The notes beneath the pieces were generated by a model, which did no database searches, had not been told where the DNA came from, and saw nothing but the letters and a program-made list of their open reading frames with translations. From the NCBI GenBank assembly GCA_965285935.1, contig OZ260665.1, positions 26,226,001 to 26,290,000 of the forward strand: a stretch of 64,000 nt of DNA. Direction: 5' to 3'. Origin of the DNA: Ophelia neglecta (taxonomy: Eukaryota). Shown one piece after another: positions 10,153-21,965 of this stretch (position 1 is the stretch's first letter; every line of letters begins with the position of its first letter). The position numbers and the translations under genes were made by a program.

Positions 10153-10732
10153 CTACGAAGGAAGAGTTTTGTTTTTGGCATTCGACAAAAGAAATTGAAA
10201 AATTCCAAGATACAATCCAATAAAAGCGTCATACAAAAAGTGCAAAAAAATGAAACAAATCTAAACATAAAAGCACGAATAACAGGTTAATAGCCGGGAA
10301 AGGGCCTCTGTGAATCTAGATACCATTGTTGTTTTCTGTTTGCCTATGTCATTATGTTTGTAAGTAGGGTGTACAGAACCAATGCCAAAAAAATACCTTT
10401 CTTTTTAATCGAATTCAGTGAGGGTTTATGTTATATTTCACTTCTCAGGGGATTCAGGGAGGGTAGGGTGGTTAATCTTGCTAATTTGGAAAATGAGTTA
10501 AGATGTAATTTTACGCTCCTTTCAATAGTTATCGAAATCCGGTTTAATAATAATGACGATGCGGATTGACGCCAATAACCTCCGCCCGCTTCCCTGGTGA
10601 TGACTTTTAAACTAATAAATACTAACGTTTCTACAAAAAACAAATTTACACATTGAATTTCGGTTCTGTACGGATATTCTACAAACTAGGTCAGTTAAGC
10701 TATCTGAAGCACGTCTTTTCATGGTTCCTTAC

Positions 10733-10794
10733 CTTCGCGGCTTCCTCTTCCTTCTTCGAATCATCTGTCACTTCGATTTTTATTGCCGGATGGT
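10733..10794 (-). CDS. Coding exon 3 of the NACHT-WD40 gene (62 nt; NHPAIKIEVTDDSKKEEEAAK)
   Basis: Acceptor tatttccag|AC and donor AAG|gtaagg. Phase 1 in and phase 0 out match the flanking exons exactly. Confidence 0.85.
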
Positions 10795-10983
10795 CTGGAA
10801 ATACACATGTATAATATAAAGAGAACATCTCGACGGGTTTCTGGTTTGAAATATATCTATATTCTTTCATAATTATAAGAGCTGGGGAGAGACAAAGTGC
10901 AGGCTGAAATGTCTTGCCCATGCATGACCATAAGATCAACTTCATTTTAACAAGACAACATATATATATATATATATTCTTAC

Positions 10984-11545
10984 TTGGCAATAGGGATTCT
11001 TCTACAATGGCCGATGTTGGGCCACATCCTTTCATCTCAGTAGTAGTAGTGGACTCCTTGGTGGTCTTGCCTTCCGGGTCCGTTTTACTGACACTGTGAC
11101 TGGTGGTTGTAACCGACTCGACTTTAGGCGGGCCATCCCCAGACGAGACTGTGGAGGTGACAGACGACACTACCTTCCTCTCGCTCGACATCGTCTTGAC
11201 AACGCCCTCAATGGCGTCCGGGCCTTCCGAACGAAATTTCTCGATAAGTTCCTGTGCTTGTTTTGATAGGTCTCCGCCGGAGGAGGAGCCTTCCACCTCC
11301 GTGGTGACGACAGAGGATTTGCCGAAGGAGCGCACCTCTTCTTTGGTGTAAGACGTTGAAGACGAGGATTGACTAACTGCCTTTGTGGTGCTCTCTTTGT
11401 CGATTGTGACTGCCTTTGTTTCTGGCGTGTCATCATTTCCAACTTTAATAACAACTTGATTATCGGCGACTGGCGGTTCGTCTTTCTTATCATCCTCCTT
11501 CTTATCGTCTTCTTTCGCATTCGATTCTGCATCGTCCTTTTCTTT
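10984..11545 (-). CDS. Coding exon 2 of the NACHT-WD40 gene (562 nt; K/D/E/S/T-rich low-complexity region)
   Basis: Acceptor tttgaattttag|AAA and donor CCA A|gtaaga. The frame is open: KEKDDAESNAKEDDKKEDDKKDEPPVADNQ...EEVRSFGKSSVVTTEVEGSSSGGDLSKQAQELIEKFRSEGPDAIEG...EESLLP. Phase 0 in, phase 1 out. Confidence 0.88.
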
Positions 11546-14500
11546 CTAAAATTCAAAGAAAGCATACACTTGTAGATACCACCAACTTGGAGAAATGCGT
11601 TGACAACAAGCGACCCGCTTAGACGATTAAATCAAAATCTAGTGCTCCTATACCTACATTGGCAGATTTAAGTGCTATTTATTTGGAAAAAGTGGCAGTT
11701 ATGATAAAATAATATAAAATAACATCCATGACACAATGAACCATCTGGTTTCAAGGCTGTCATGTACTTGTTATCTTTTTTTCAGAAAATGTTGTTCTTA
11801 TTTTGTATTGCTATACAGGCATGTACATTTGTATTTTGCGTATATTAATTACCCACATTACGAGCAGGTGCAATACCCTTATTCTGGACTCTGGCCAAAA
11901 CACTCTGCCTCGATTTATGCGCCCCATCATTCTCCCTTAAACGTCGTTAAGAAAGCTATGAATGTGGTTTGTGAATAATGTATGTTAAACAGCATGCTGC
12001 AATGTTTGTATGCCTCAAGCAGGGATATAAATATTTCAAACGGCACTTAAAGGGGGGGGGGGGGTCAGACAACTATCAGAAGCTATTCATAAATCGTGTG
12101 AGCTGCAAAATACAGGCAAGCGCATAAAATTATACTTCATACAAAATAAGTTGTTTTGAATCGGGGCCCAATTCTTCATAAATTTATACAATAGATGAAG
12201 AAGACTTGAGTATCTGTGGTTGAAAGGATTGGAATTGAAAGAGGTGAAACATCCGAGAGAAGACATAAATATGTTGTCGGCGTATGTTGTTAAGATATAG
12301 CTATGCCCGTTAATTTTCCAACAACAAAACGGCGCCATGCGGCTAGCATGAAATAGCAGCCAGTACCCATACAAATGATCATGTACATTGCGTCCTCGTT
12401 GAAAGGCGGGCATGCTATATTCTGTGGCAAATATCAGAATGATGCCTCGTGCTTTCGGGCTATTAACCAAAGATGAGAGGTGTAAGTGAACACGCAAGTC
12501 TCGTATTAAGTACACTGTGCCTCGACCTTTCTACTTAGACCATTCATACAATGACCGGTGACCGAATGGCAAATCGTTATTCGGCCTTCGGTGAATTTGA
12601 AAAGACGAGTATTTCAATGGTGTTAGCCAATAGACTATTTAACCGAACTGCACAATGGGCCTGGTGGCGGGGTTCCTTCTGCACAACTCTCGTCTGCTGA
12701 ATTGATGTTTCAATACATCCATGCCAAAACGATCATTATAAACTTGACAGGATATCTTTCGAAATCTAGAAGACTTCCATGTATTTGATAAACCGTTTAA
12801 TTGTAACAATTTTATTAGGTATGCAAGACATACCGTGATTAACTGTTATCTTAGACACAAGGCGGGTTTGGAGTTTACCTGGGTAGAACACCCATTCGTT
12901 ATTTGTGAACGATCTACCTGTGGGAGGTAATTTGTTTATTACAAGGTAGATAAGATCTTTTCAGGTGCAGGGAGGCCAGCAACACTAATATTTAATATGA
13001 AGTCAGAAACTGTTTCCCTGGGTCAGGGTAGTGATAAACCCCGGATGTCAAGGGGTTAATGAGCTGTGCTGTACCTGGGCCTGTAATAACACCGCTACAA
13101 GTGTCATGGGATCACAGCCACGGAACTCCCGGCTAGCACTGAACTGTGCACCCATTCACTGTACACGTGTACTCCACGCGGAGTAAGGAGCCGAGAGTTT
13201 CCTGGTTTCTTTGATTGAAGTTTGACTACAGTTTTAGGCAATCTACCTGAGATGTGTGGACAATACACTATACAGGGCGAATTAAATTAGAATTTAAGCG
13301 CCTTACAGTCTACACAGCGAACTAAATACCGGCTATTTAATACGGGTAGACTTTAATCTCGATACAGACTTAAATATTTAAAAAATTATGATGAATTGCA
13401 CCATTTGCATAATGCTGTATCCTTGACTAGAAGGAGAATTACTTTCAATATATTAACCTTATCAGTTGCTATATATGTTTACTTTTGTATCTGTTCTTGT
13501 TATTTAGTTGTTTAATACTGAGGGGTTATATATTCTTCTTGGAATCTTTCCTTTAGCTCAGTTTGAGTAGTATGTTACTGGTTATTTTTTCTGTAACACA
13601 GGCCGTTTCAGAAAGAGTATTTGTCTATGTGTTGTGCTGCTTTTGTTTATGTATTTTATTGTTCTGTTGTATTGCAACCTCAGTGGGCAATTAAACAAAT
13701 TTGACTTGAAATATAAATATCCGAGGTTATGTTCAACGCAGTCATGTAGTTTTCTCAGGGCACACAGTGGACGCGAAAAGTCGATTGAGATATAAGACGC
13801 CTGACTAGAGCTGTACTGATTTTAGACTAGAGTTTATATAGTTCAAATGTGTACTGACAGTTGGGTACACAAGAAATGCCAGGTAAAATCAGATCGGGCG
13901 ATAAGCGGCGTCGTTCGGGTGAAAAGCAAACATTTGAAGAACACTCGAGCAGACGGTGGTCAAACTACAGTAATATTATCTGTACGTGCCTGTCTGGGTC
14001 AATGCTCCAAAACACGTATCTTTACTTGACTATATTCATGAATATCTTCTGAACGTTCAAACTTTGAGGTGGGCTACTAGGTAAATAATGCAGGCTTATA
14101 GAGGCCAGCGAGATGGGTGTTTATCGCCTCGATCAAGGGGTCGAGAAACCACGAACCCTCCTTGTATAACATTTATTATCTCCGGCCGTGGTATATATAT
14201 GCCATGCACTTGATCTGTGTCTCTCTAAAAGCAATTCAACAAAGGTCGATTTTGAAGTCAAGAAGCCGTTAAACCGACCAAAACAGCTATAGGCTAATAT
14301 GACTTGTCAGTGTGACTACATACAGATAACATCTTTACAATCGTGTACAGTGATTTGCTAAATAACTATAGGCCTATATATACAGAATATGTCAATGAGA
14401 CAAACAAGGTTCGGTTTATTCATGAAACGATTCGGTTTGAATAAGAATATAGCTTGTTAATACTCTTTTCATATTACTAAAATCAGCCGGCAGGTCAGAC

Positions 14501-17500
14501 GGAAATACCATGTCTCAGTTTAAGTAACCCATTGACAAGCGAAACCCACGCACATCGTGTTGAAGCTTGCAGAAAAAAAACAGCATTTTATGACACCCCT
14601 TAATTTATATATTATGTCAACTGGCCTCGGTTAAAATATAAAATTCAATTGACTTCATGAATATCCCTGGTTTAAAAACATGGTTATTTATAACATGACA
14701 CAGGGTGCAATAAATGTCATATAAATATGCGCCAGTTAGCGTTTAATTACAGTCAGGACTTTGTTATTTTAAGTTAGCAGTGTACGCTTAAAATTGCCTG
14801 AACCAGCTGTCATTATATGTCAAAGCAGAGCTAGGGAGAACCCCAATTTGCTCCGGGCAATTACTCATCCGTCTATGAAATCCGGCAAAGTAAACCGTGT
14901 GAAAAAGGCATAATTGCATTTAAAATTGTTAGGCCTATAGCTTTTCTGAAATTGTCGAGAATAAAACGGCGCTGCCTGACCCTGTGAACGTACAATTAGG
15001 TTATGGTAATGCCCTGAAACTGCACTGACAAATATGCCGGCGACATACAACAGGTCCCACTGTGGTTGGAACATGACTTTATTAGATATATCGGCCTAAG
15101 CTTTAGGCTTAAAAAGGCGGCACGACCATGGACATAACCTATGTTTGATATTGTGTGGATATGAAAAACATGGCAACCATAAATAATCAATAAAATGCAC
15201 TTATTGCTCTAACGTTGATAGAGGAGAAAGCTCAGGTTACAGAAGTGAAAAGATGAAACCGAACGATGCAGACCCGACTTAAAAATAGCATGCTTAGTTT
15301 CGAAGAAAACATATAAAATCAAAATTTCTGTGTCCCGATGTAGCTAAAGAATCGTTTGTGTTTGTCCTTTATGAATTTCACAGTGCTGACAGGCAGACGC
15401 ATGTCTTGACAGATTAGTACACCCGGTCCAATATCCCACAAAAACCACCCTCGAGAACGGGGAGGAACTTGTCCGAACGCCGTGCAGAACTTGAACTAAT
15501 AGACAAAAATAAAACCCGCCTCTAGCCAGCCAGATTGTACCGATAATCGTGAATAGGACAAAAACAAATACAAAACCAACGGTTTCGTCAAATGTCTTAA
15601 CGTATCATCAGCCTTTAAATTGTTCTTATCAAGCCTAACTTTGCTTTATCAGTAAAGATGACATTTCCAGATAGGCCACACAACATGTCTTTCCTATACA
15701 ACTTGTACAATAAGCTTGTCAGCTTTTAGTAAGAAATATGCTGTAAAGTTCCAAGTCAACATGATTCACTGCGGTGTTGGCATTCAGAAAGTTTTAGAAA
15801 TATATCAAGAACATTGGCTTTATTGTTAAAACATTGTTTTGACTTCGAAAACAGTTTTAACCACAGTTCAATATTGAATGTGCTTTTTTCATCACTATAC
15901 CTTTACAAGATCAGTAGATGCTCTTTGGTCTGAATGTTTGTTCAACTGTAGAAGTGTAATATAGCAACATGGCGGTGTCAAATTTACCACTATAACTTGT
16001 GATATTGCGCGAAGAGCTCATGACCTTCCGCCACACGGACACTGCGCTCAGATTTTGTGAACTGCAAATCGATAAATCTAGGATTAAACATCAGTCGCCT
16101 TCAAACGACTGCCAAGTTTGAAAATAATCTGTTTTGTGGTCAATAGAATTCATGCGGTGGTCGGAAACGTATAGCGTTATTAAAATCTATTCCACCATAT
16201 TTGCTTTTATATCCAGGCTAGATTCTATATAACCGTGTCCATATGAGGGGCTGCCAAAAATATACAAATCTCACAGACAGCAAAAGAATCACGCTGTTCA
16301 ATTCAGCGGCAATGAAGGGTGAAATGATTTAGTGCAAATAGTGGCCTTACAATAATACTGAATATCAAAGATTACCTCAACAAAAAACACACCTCATTGA
16401 AACTATTTTCAGCAATCATTCAATGAAGACGTCTTTACATAGGGTGTTTTTTACACGTTTAGACAAGTTCTATCAAGTATTGTTTGAGGAAAAGCAGCAC
16501 AAATAAATAATTTAGTGCACCAGTCCCGGCCAGGGGACTGCTATGGTTTTTAAGGTTGTCTATATGGCTAATGATTGACAAGGGAGCCCGTTTTGTAATT
16601 CCCAAGTGTTGGGACGATGAGTCATAGGTAATACTTTCCAATGTTACCACACTGATACCCATGGATGTTGAAGTTATATAATGCAACAGTTAATAAAGCA
16701 AGTAGCACAACCAACCAAGCTGTTGTTCGACACATGTAATTTGAATAATACTTGTTATCGGCTAGACTGTTCAGTATATATATATGGAGCACCAATATAA
16801 AACACGAGGCAACTAAAATGCCTACATGACAATAGCAAAATCTAGTATGCCTTTACAACTCATTTGACAGTGACACTTTTCCATTGAAATCAATTTAAAA
16901 CCAAAAAAACGAAATTCATGCATATTATTCAAATATTATTTAATATTGCAGTCAATGCAGTCCCGAACAAAGACACGTTTTGTGACTCATAATTTATACC
17001 ATGTATCAGTCTAGATAGTATTGGCCAAAACATGCCCTGCGAGTATAGTGCCATACCTGTATGTACGTTCACGTGTGTGCTTGTTATCTTACTGAGCACA
17101 GGTGGTTATCGCCAGAGGACGCCAAAATTGATTTCAATAACAACCTAAACAAATTATGATTTATGAAGCGAACTTTGTAAATCGCAAAACCAACAGCCGA
17201 CTGGGTGATGAATCACGTAGACAAACTACCGTTGTCCAGTCTTGATGTTTGACAATTTGAGAACAAAGATTGAGATAACCGTCTGTATTGGTACCCTATT
17301 GTCTGCCCTGCTTGTACAATAACCAGTGGACTTGGAAGCACACAGCCAGACACTAAGCATGTTTGTTTAATGGTAGTGTTTATGCCTACTGCATAAAACT
17401 ATATAGCTGCATGTACAACCTCATTGTAGGCCAAGTATGCAAAACTTTATGGCGTTGAAGTTAAAGTTTGACGTTCGGTTTTCAGTAACATGTTGTCTGG

Positions 17501-17990
17501 GAAAATTGCCTTCTGTGTGTATATTAAGTAGGTTAACATCCGCTGTCACCCTCGCACTTTTTCTTAAAATACCCTTTAATAACATGCAACACGAGTTGAA
17601 AGTCCTCTGAGTTGCTTTGCACGCAACAGGAAACCACAGACAGAAATTAAGGCCGGTATTCTCAACAACAGTACTATAATTATCGAACAGCAGATGAATT
17701 GCATGCAGGAAGTGGCTAGAATTATTTGTGCAGCGGCTGACCTCGAGGTGATATGAGATCAGCCAAAGCCATTTCTTTCATAATCCGATTGGGCCCATGT
17801 TTGTGTATTACATTATACTAACACTTTACTTTATATATTGCATTGATTCTATCAAATTACGGCTAGAGGAAACTGCAAAAGTAAGCTGAAATGATGAGCT
17901 GTCTAGTTAGTGAGAATTACAGTGTTTAGCCGGTACACTTTAAGACCGGGTGCTGGGCAGACACATCCCGAGATCTATACGTTAACTCAC

Positions 17991-18155
17991 CTCTGCGTCT
18001 TTGTCAGCCGTATCCTCTGTTTTGGCGGGAGTTTCTACTGTCTCCTGGGCCTTGGTATCGTCTGCTGCCTTGTCCTTGTCGTCTGCGTCCTTGTCCCCGT
18101 ACGGAGCCTTATCCGGGTCCTTTTCCTTGCTGCCTTTACTAACACAACCTCCCAT
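17991..18155 (-). CDS. First coding exon of the NACHT-WD40 gene; N-terminal acylation signal MGGCVSK
   Basis: ATG at 18155 in good Kozak context (gccaatATGG) with an in-frame TGA 36 nt upstream. It encodes 55 codons: MGGCVSKGSKEKDPDKAPYGDKDADDKDKAADDTKAQETVETPAKTEDTADKDAE. The donor is a perfect GAG|gtgagt (phase 0). The exon begins at acceptor tgtttccttgcag| (18207). Composition matches exon 2. Confidence 0.85.
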
Positions 18156-18207
18156 ATTGGCGTTTAGGTGATCACTGCCACGCCGTCCTCATGTGCTCGC
18201 TCGCCGA
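18156..18207 (-). other. 5' UTR portion of the first coding exon, containing a 6-codon uORF (MRTAWQ*, 18192-18172)
   Basis: The acceptor at 18208/18207 implies at least one further upstream non-coding exon. ATG AGG ACG GCG TGG CAG TGA ends 16 nt before the main ATG. Confidence 0.65.
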
Positions 18208-20379
18208 CTGCAAGGAAACAGCAGTATAAAGGCCGTCAATAAAATGTTTGGTCATGCATTGCACCGCCGCCAGCCGCCCGCGCTATAGGGGAGGCCACAC
18301 TGGCTATATGTAGCATAGGACCGAACATTAAAATGGACATAAGGGAGCTTGAGCTGTGGTTTTAATCTTTGTAGGCAGGGACAAGGAGACCAGCACCCGC
18401 CTCTTTGAAAGAGCGGTCGCCATGATTAGATATCTTAACTATGAACCTTATTTCTTGATGTAGTGGGGGGGGGGGGAGGTATGTACGTGGGGGACACTCG
18501 TATCATTAGTAGTTGCCTATGTATATGTATATCCCTTTAAGGAGGGTACGGGTGGTACAGTTCAAGGGGAGGGTGTAGGAGGTGACGGGAGGGGTGGGCG
18601 GGGGAAGGGGGGTTGTGAAGACGCACCTCACACCACTAGTGAGTCAACCCGCCCCACGCTGTCATACGAAGCCCAACAGCTGGTGGGGCTGGCTATTTTC
18701 GCAGGTGACATGGCCACATTTCCACAGGAGCCGTCAGCCTTTGTCGGGTGCACACCTTTGTGGTGTTCTAGAAAAAACAGAATGGATGCCAATATGATGA
18801 ATGCATTCGCTGGCTATAAAGCTCATTCGCCCAGGCATGCGATTAGGAACGAGGATAGGACAGAACTTAATTACACCATGCCGGCAAGGGCCAACCAGCC
18901 GTGTCATAAGTTTTGTGGAGTTATATGAGATCGTCTTCTGTGCCAATAATTAGTTCTTTTCATTTTCGCTTCTCGCCTGACTGATCACGTGCACTCATCT
19001 ATAGTACATGCATTTCTTAGTACATTCTTAGCATCAATGTCATTTATGACACTGACGTAAGGCATACCGTGTTTGTAATATGCCGAACGATAGAGCTAGG
19101 CCTATAAAGAGGTGGATCGAACCTATATTTGCATACACTGCGTTGCAGAATTCAACATGCTATCGTTACTGAATAAGTTCTGTCATTAACCCACTTCGAG
19201 TTCCGATTTATATTATAATCAATTATTGTAACTGCTTTAATTAGTCATATTATACATCTGTTTAGGACAAATTCACAACGATAATTGGATAGCAACTGTA
19301 CAAATGTAACGAGCTATGTACAACGGAGGTTATTAAAGGAGACACAAGCTAGCTTCATGACCCCTGCAACTAGAAAATATTCAATGACACTGACATGAAT
19401 AATTAGGGTGATGTTAATTAATTCTTTAAGCTTAATTGACAAAGGGACAACAGTTACTCTGACAGCTTGTAGAACATTAAACATTATTTACCTGACCTAC
19501 TACAATATTAATAGTCCTAACGGGTCGGACTTCAGAAAACTGATGTAGGGGGAGCCATTATCTAGAAAGAATGAGGGAGTGGAAAGTTGGGGATTCGGGG
19601 GGGGGGGGGGTAAACCGCCGTCACGGTAAGGGGTGGGAGGCCCGAGGGAGGCCTTTGCCCGTGATTTACACAACTAAAGTTACGTGTATAGAATGACCAA
19701 TACTATTTATAAAGGCCTATACAATATAGCCACGCATGCTATCCAAAGGACAATAACACATGGTAACCTCAATCTTCACAGAAGACACATTCACGGAGAA
19801 CAACAGGGTGGCCGCAACTATGGGAAACTCCCACGATTAGCTTTCAGCTAGTGCAGGGAATCAACGTTACTAGTAATAAATTTGTTTTAACGAATCGTTA
19901 TGAAACAATAGACTATATGTGTTCTTAGTATTATGTCTTCACATCTAAGAAGGTGGATCTATAATTAGAATTAATTGGAGAAATGGTTGATCTCTCCCAT
20001 ACAAGGGGTCTATAACTATGGCTTAGTACCCTACCAAACTCCCCACCCATTAGGAAGGAATGGGGAGGCGGTGAGACCCTCCCTCCCCCCTCCCCCCCCC
20101 CCCCCGTCACCCATTGGAATTTAAATTCTTTCCTTCCTATATCAATTGATCATGTGGTGATAACATATACTTTTAAAAATTCATTGCATAAAACACATAT
20201 TGTGTGGCGACAGAACCGGCAAATAGGCCTAACTTTAGACCTATATTTGACGAATGAACTTGTTCAAAGGCACGTTGTTTAAAGCTCTTTAAATCTAACT
20301 ATCGATAAACGGTATAGGGAACGTGAGAAACATGTGACATTAGAAACATGTCTCACGCTGAAAGCGGGTCAAACCCCGG

Positions 20380-21450
20380 TGATACAAATATCTCAAATAA
20401 CACGCGAAAAAACCCGAAGAAGACGCCTGAAATAACAGAGAGTTCCAACAAAACACATGTAATGTTATCACCATGCTATGCAAAATGAAGTTGAGTCTTG
20501 AAGTGATTTGAGCCTGCGGGAACACCCCCGCCCACGTCCTCGAGCTTAACAGGGCTAGTTCATTTTAAAATGAGAAGGTAGGACGCGTGGGTCTGTTCTG
20601 TTGGACCAATTGATACACCTAAAATACATTCGATACTCTCTACCCCATTTATTCTGGTAAATCTGGGCAAATGAAAATGGCGACCCCATCCTTCCTTCCC
20701 CCTGATGCAGATCTTTTCAACCCCGCCCCTATTGGCCTAACCCCTATTCGACTCAAAACTCTTGTCCGTTACGCCCCTCCATGTGGATTAACGGAAAAGT
20801 ACTTAGTAGAAAACAAGACACTTCCACCACAGATTCTTGAACTAATGGAAAACGAAAAGGCAGCCAAGCTGACTGACAAATAGCTAATGTTAACCTACTT
20901 AGGCAAATTCCGCACAATACAGAATTAAAGATAACATGAACAGCAAGCGGTTCCTCCAGGTCGGTTCCTCAAAAATGCTCACTGTGTGGGGCTAAATCAT
21001 ACAGATAGCGAACCTGTGAAATACTATGTTTATTATTCTGAAAGTCTGTCCGTACACAAGTGGCGGCGGGTGTATGAAGAGAGACCCCCGGGGGAGAGAC
21101 ACGGGGCCGGCAGATCCCCTGTATGGTGTATGCTTTGAGGGTAGCCTCCAGAGGATTGTATGGTTGGACTGTCCTGTCATAGGTTGACTGCAGGTTGCCA
21201 GTACCGATAGCCACCGCGAAATGAAGATAACAGTTACATTCGCTTATCCCCCCACCCCCACCCCTCCACCCCCCCATACACACATTTGCGGCCTGCCGGT
21301 AGATCCCCTCTTGGAGAAGACACCATTCACACAAACTCCCTCACCAAGGTACTGATCATAGCCCCCCCCCCCCCCCCGCACGCACACATTCGGACAATCC
21401 CCGCCAGACTGCCATCAGTGCCGTCAACACGTAAACCTGACAAAGAAAAA
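20380..21450. promoter_or_regulatory. CpG/GC-enriched promoter-like region upstream of the NACHT-WD40 gene
   Basis: GC boxes (cccccgccc ~20525; ccccgcccc 20721), CCAAT (20606), inverted CCAAT (attgg 20731), a YY1-like aaaatggcg (20674) and C-rich tracts. It lies 2-3 kb upstream of the first coding exon. The TSS cannot be determined from sequence. Confidence 0.4.
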
Positions 21451-21940
21451 GTGGGTTCTAAAACATGCACACTTCATCTTTTCACCACTCTTGCAAGAAA
21501 TATAATGTCGAGCAAAGAAGTCTGCAGCTCCCATTTCAGTGACGAATGTTGTATAGGCGCTCCTTTATCAGCTGTTAGCAGCATGAAAACAAAACAAAAC
21601 ACCTGGCGGCAGGATTTACAACAAAATAATCACTATACTGCTTTCATCTTGTAGACCAGACTTAGTATGGCTGCCTTGAGATCAAGGTAAGGGAGCGGTA
21701 ACATTATCTGTGAATAAAAACTACCTCGTTCTATATCGGTCGTTTATCACAGCCAGGGACGGATCTAGGGATGGAGGAAATGGAGATGAATCACACAATG
21801 AGGGAGTTAGAAGTCCCCCTTATAGGGACAATGGCTTTCCTAAATCCGGCGCTGGCTGGCTACGGTATGTCGTTACAGCGGTGACTTATTGCATAGTTCG
21901 CGAGTTAGGATCTGCTGTTGAAAGAATGATCTAGATTAAT

Positions 21941-21965
21941 GATGGCGGCCGCCAGGAGGTGGCAC
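21941..21965 (+). promoter_or_regulatory. Adjacent YY1-like and CTCF-like motifs
   Basis: gatggcggc (YY1 core ATGGCG) runs into ccaggaggtggca, one mismatch from the CTCF core CCASYAGRKGGCR. A similar caggaaggtggcac lies at ~22206. Confidence 0.35.

Noticed and set aside
10700-11335. 211-aa ORF treated as a separate gene
   Set aside because: It reads from exon 2 through a stop-free intron (10795-10983, containing a TA repeat) into exon 3. Canonical splice sites explain it, although in-frame intron retention cannot be excluded.
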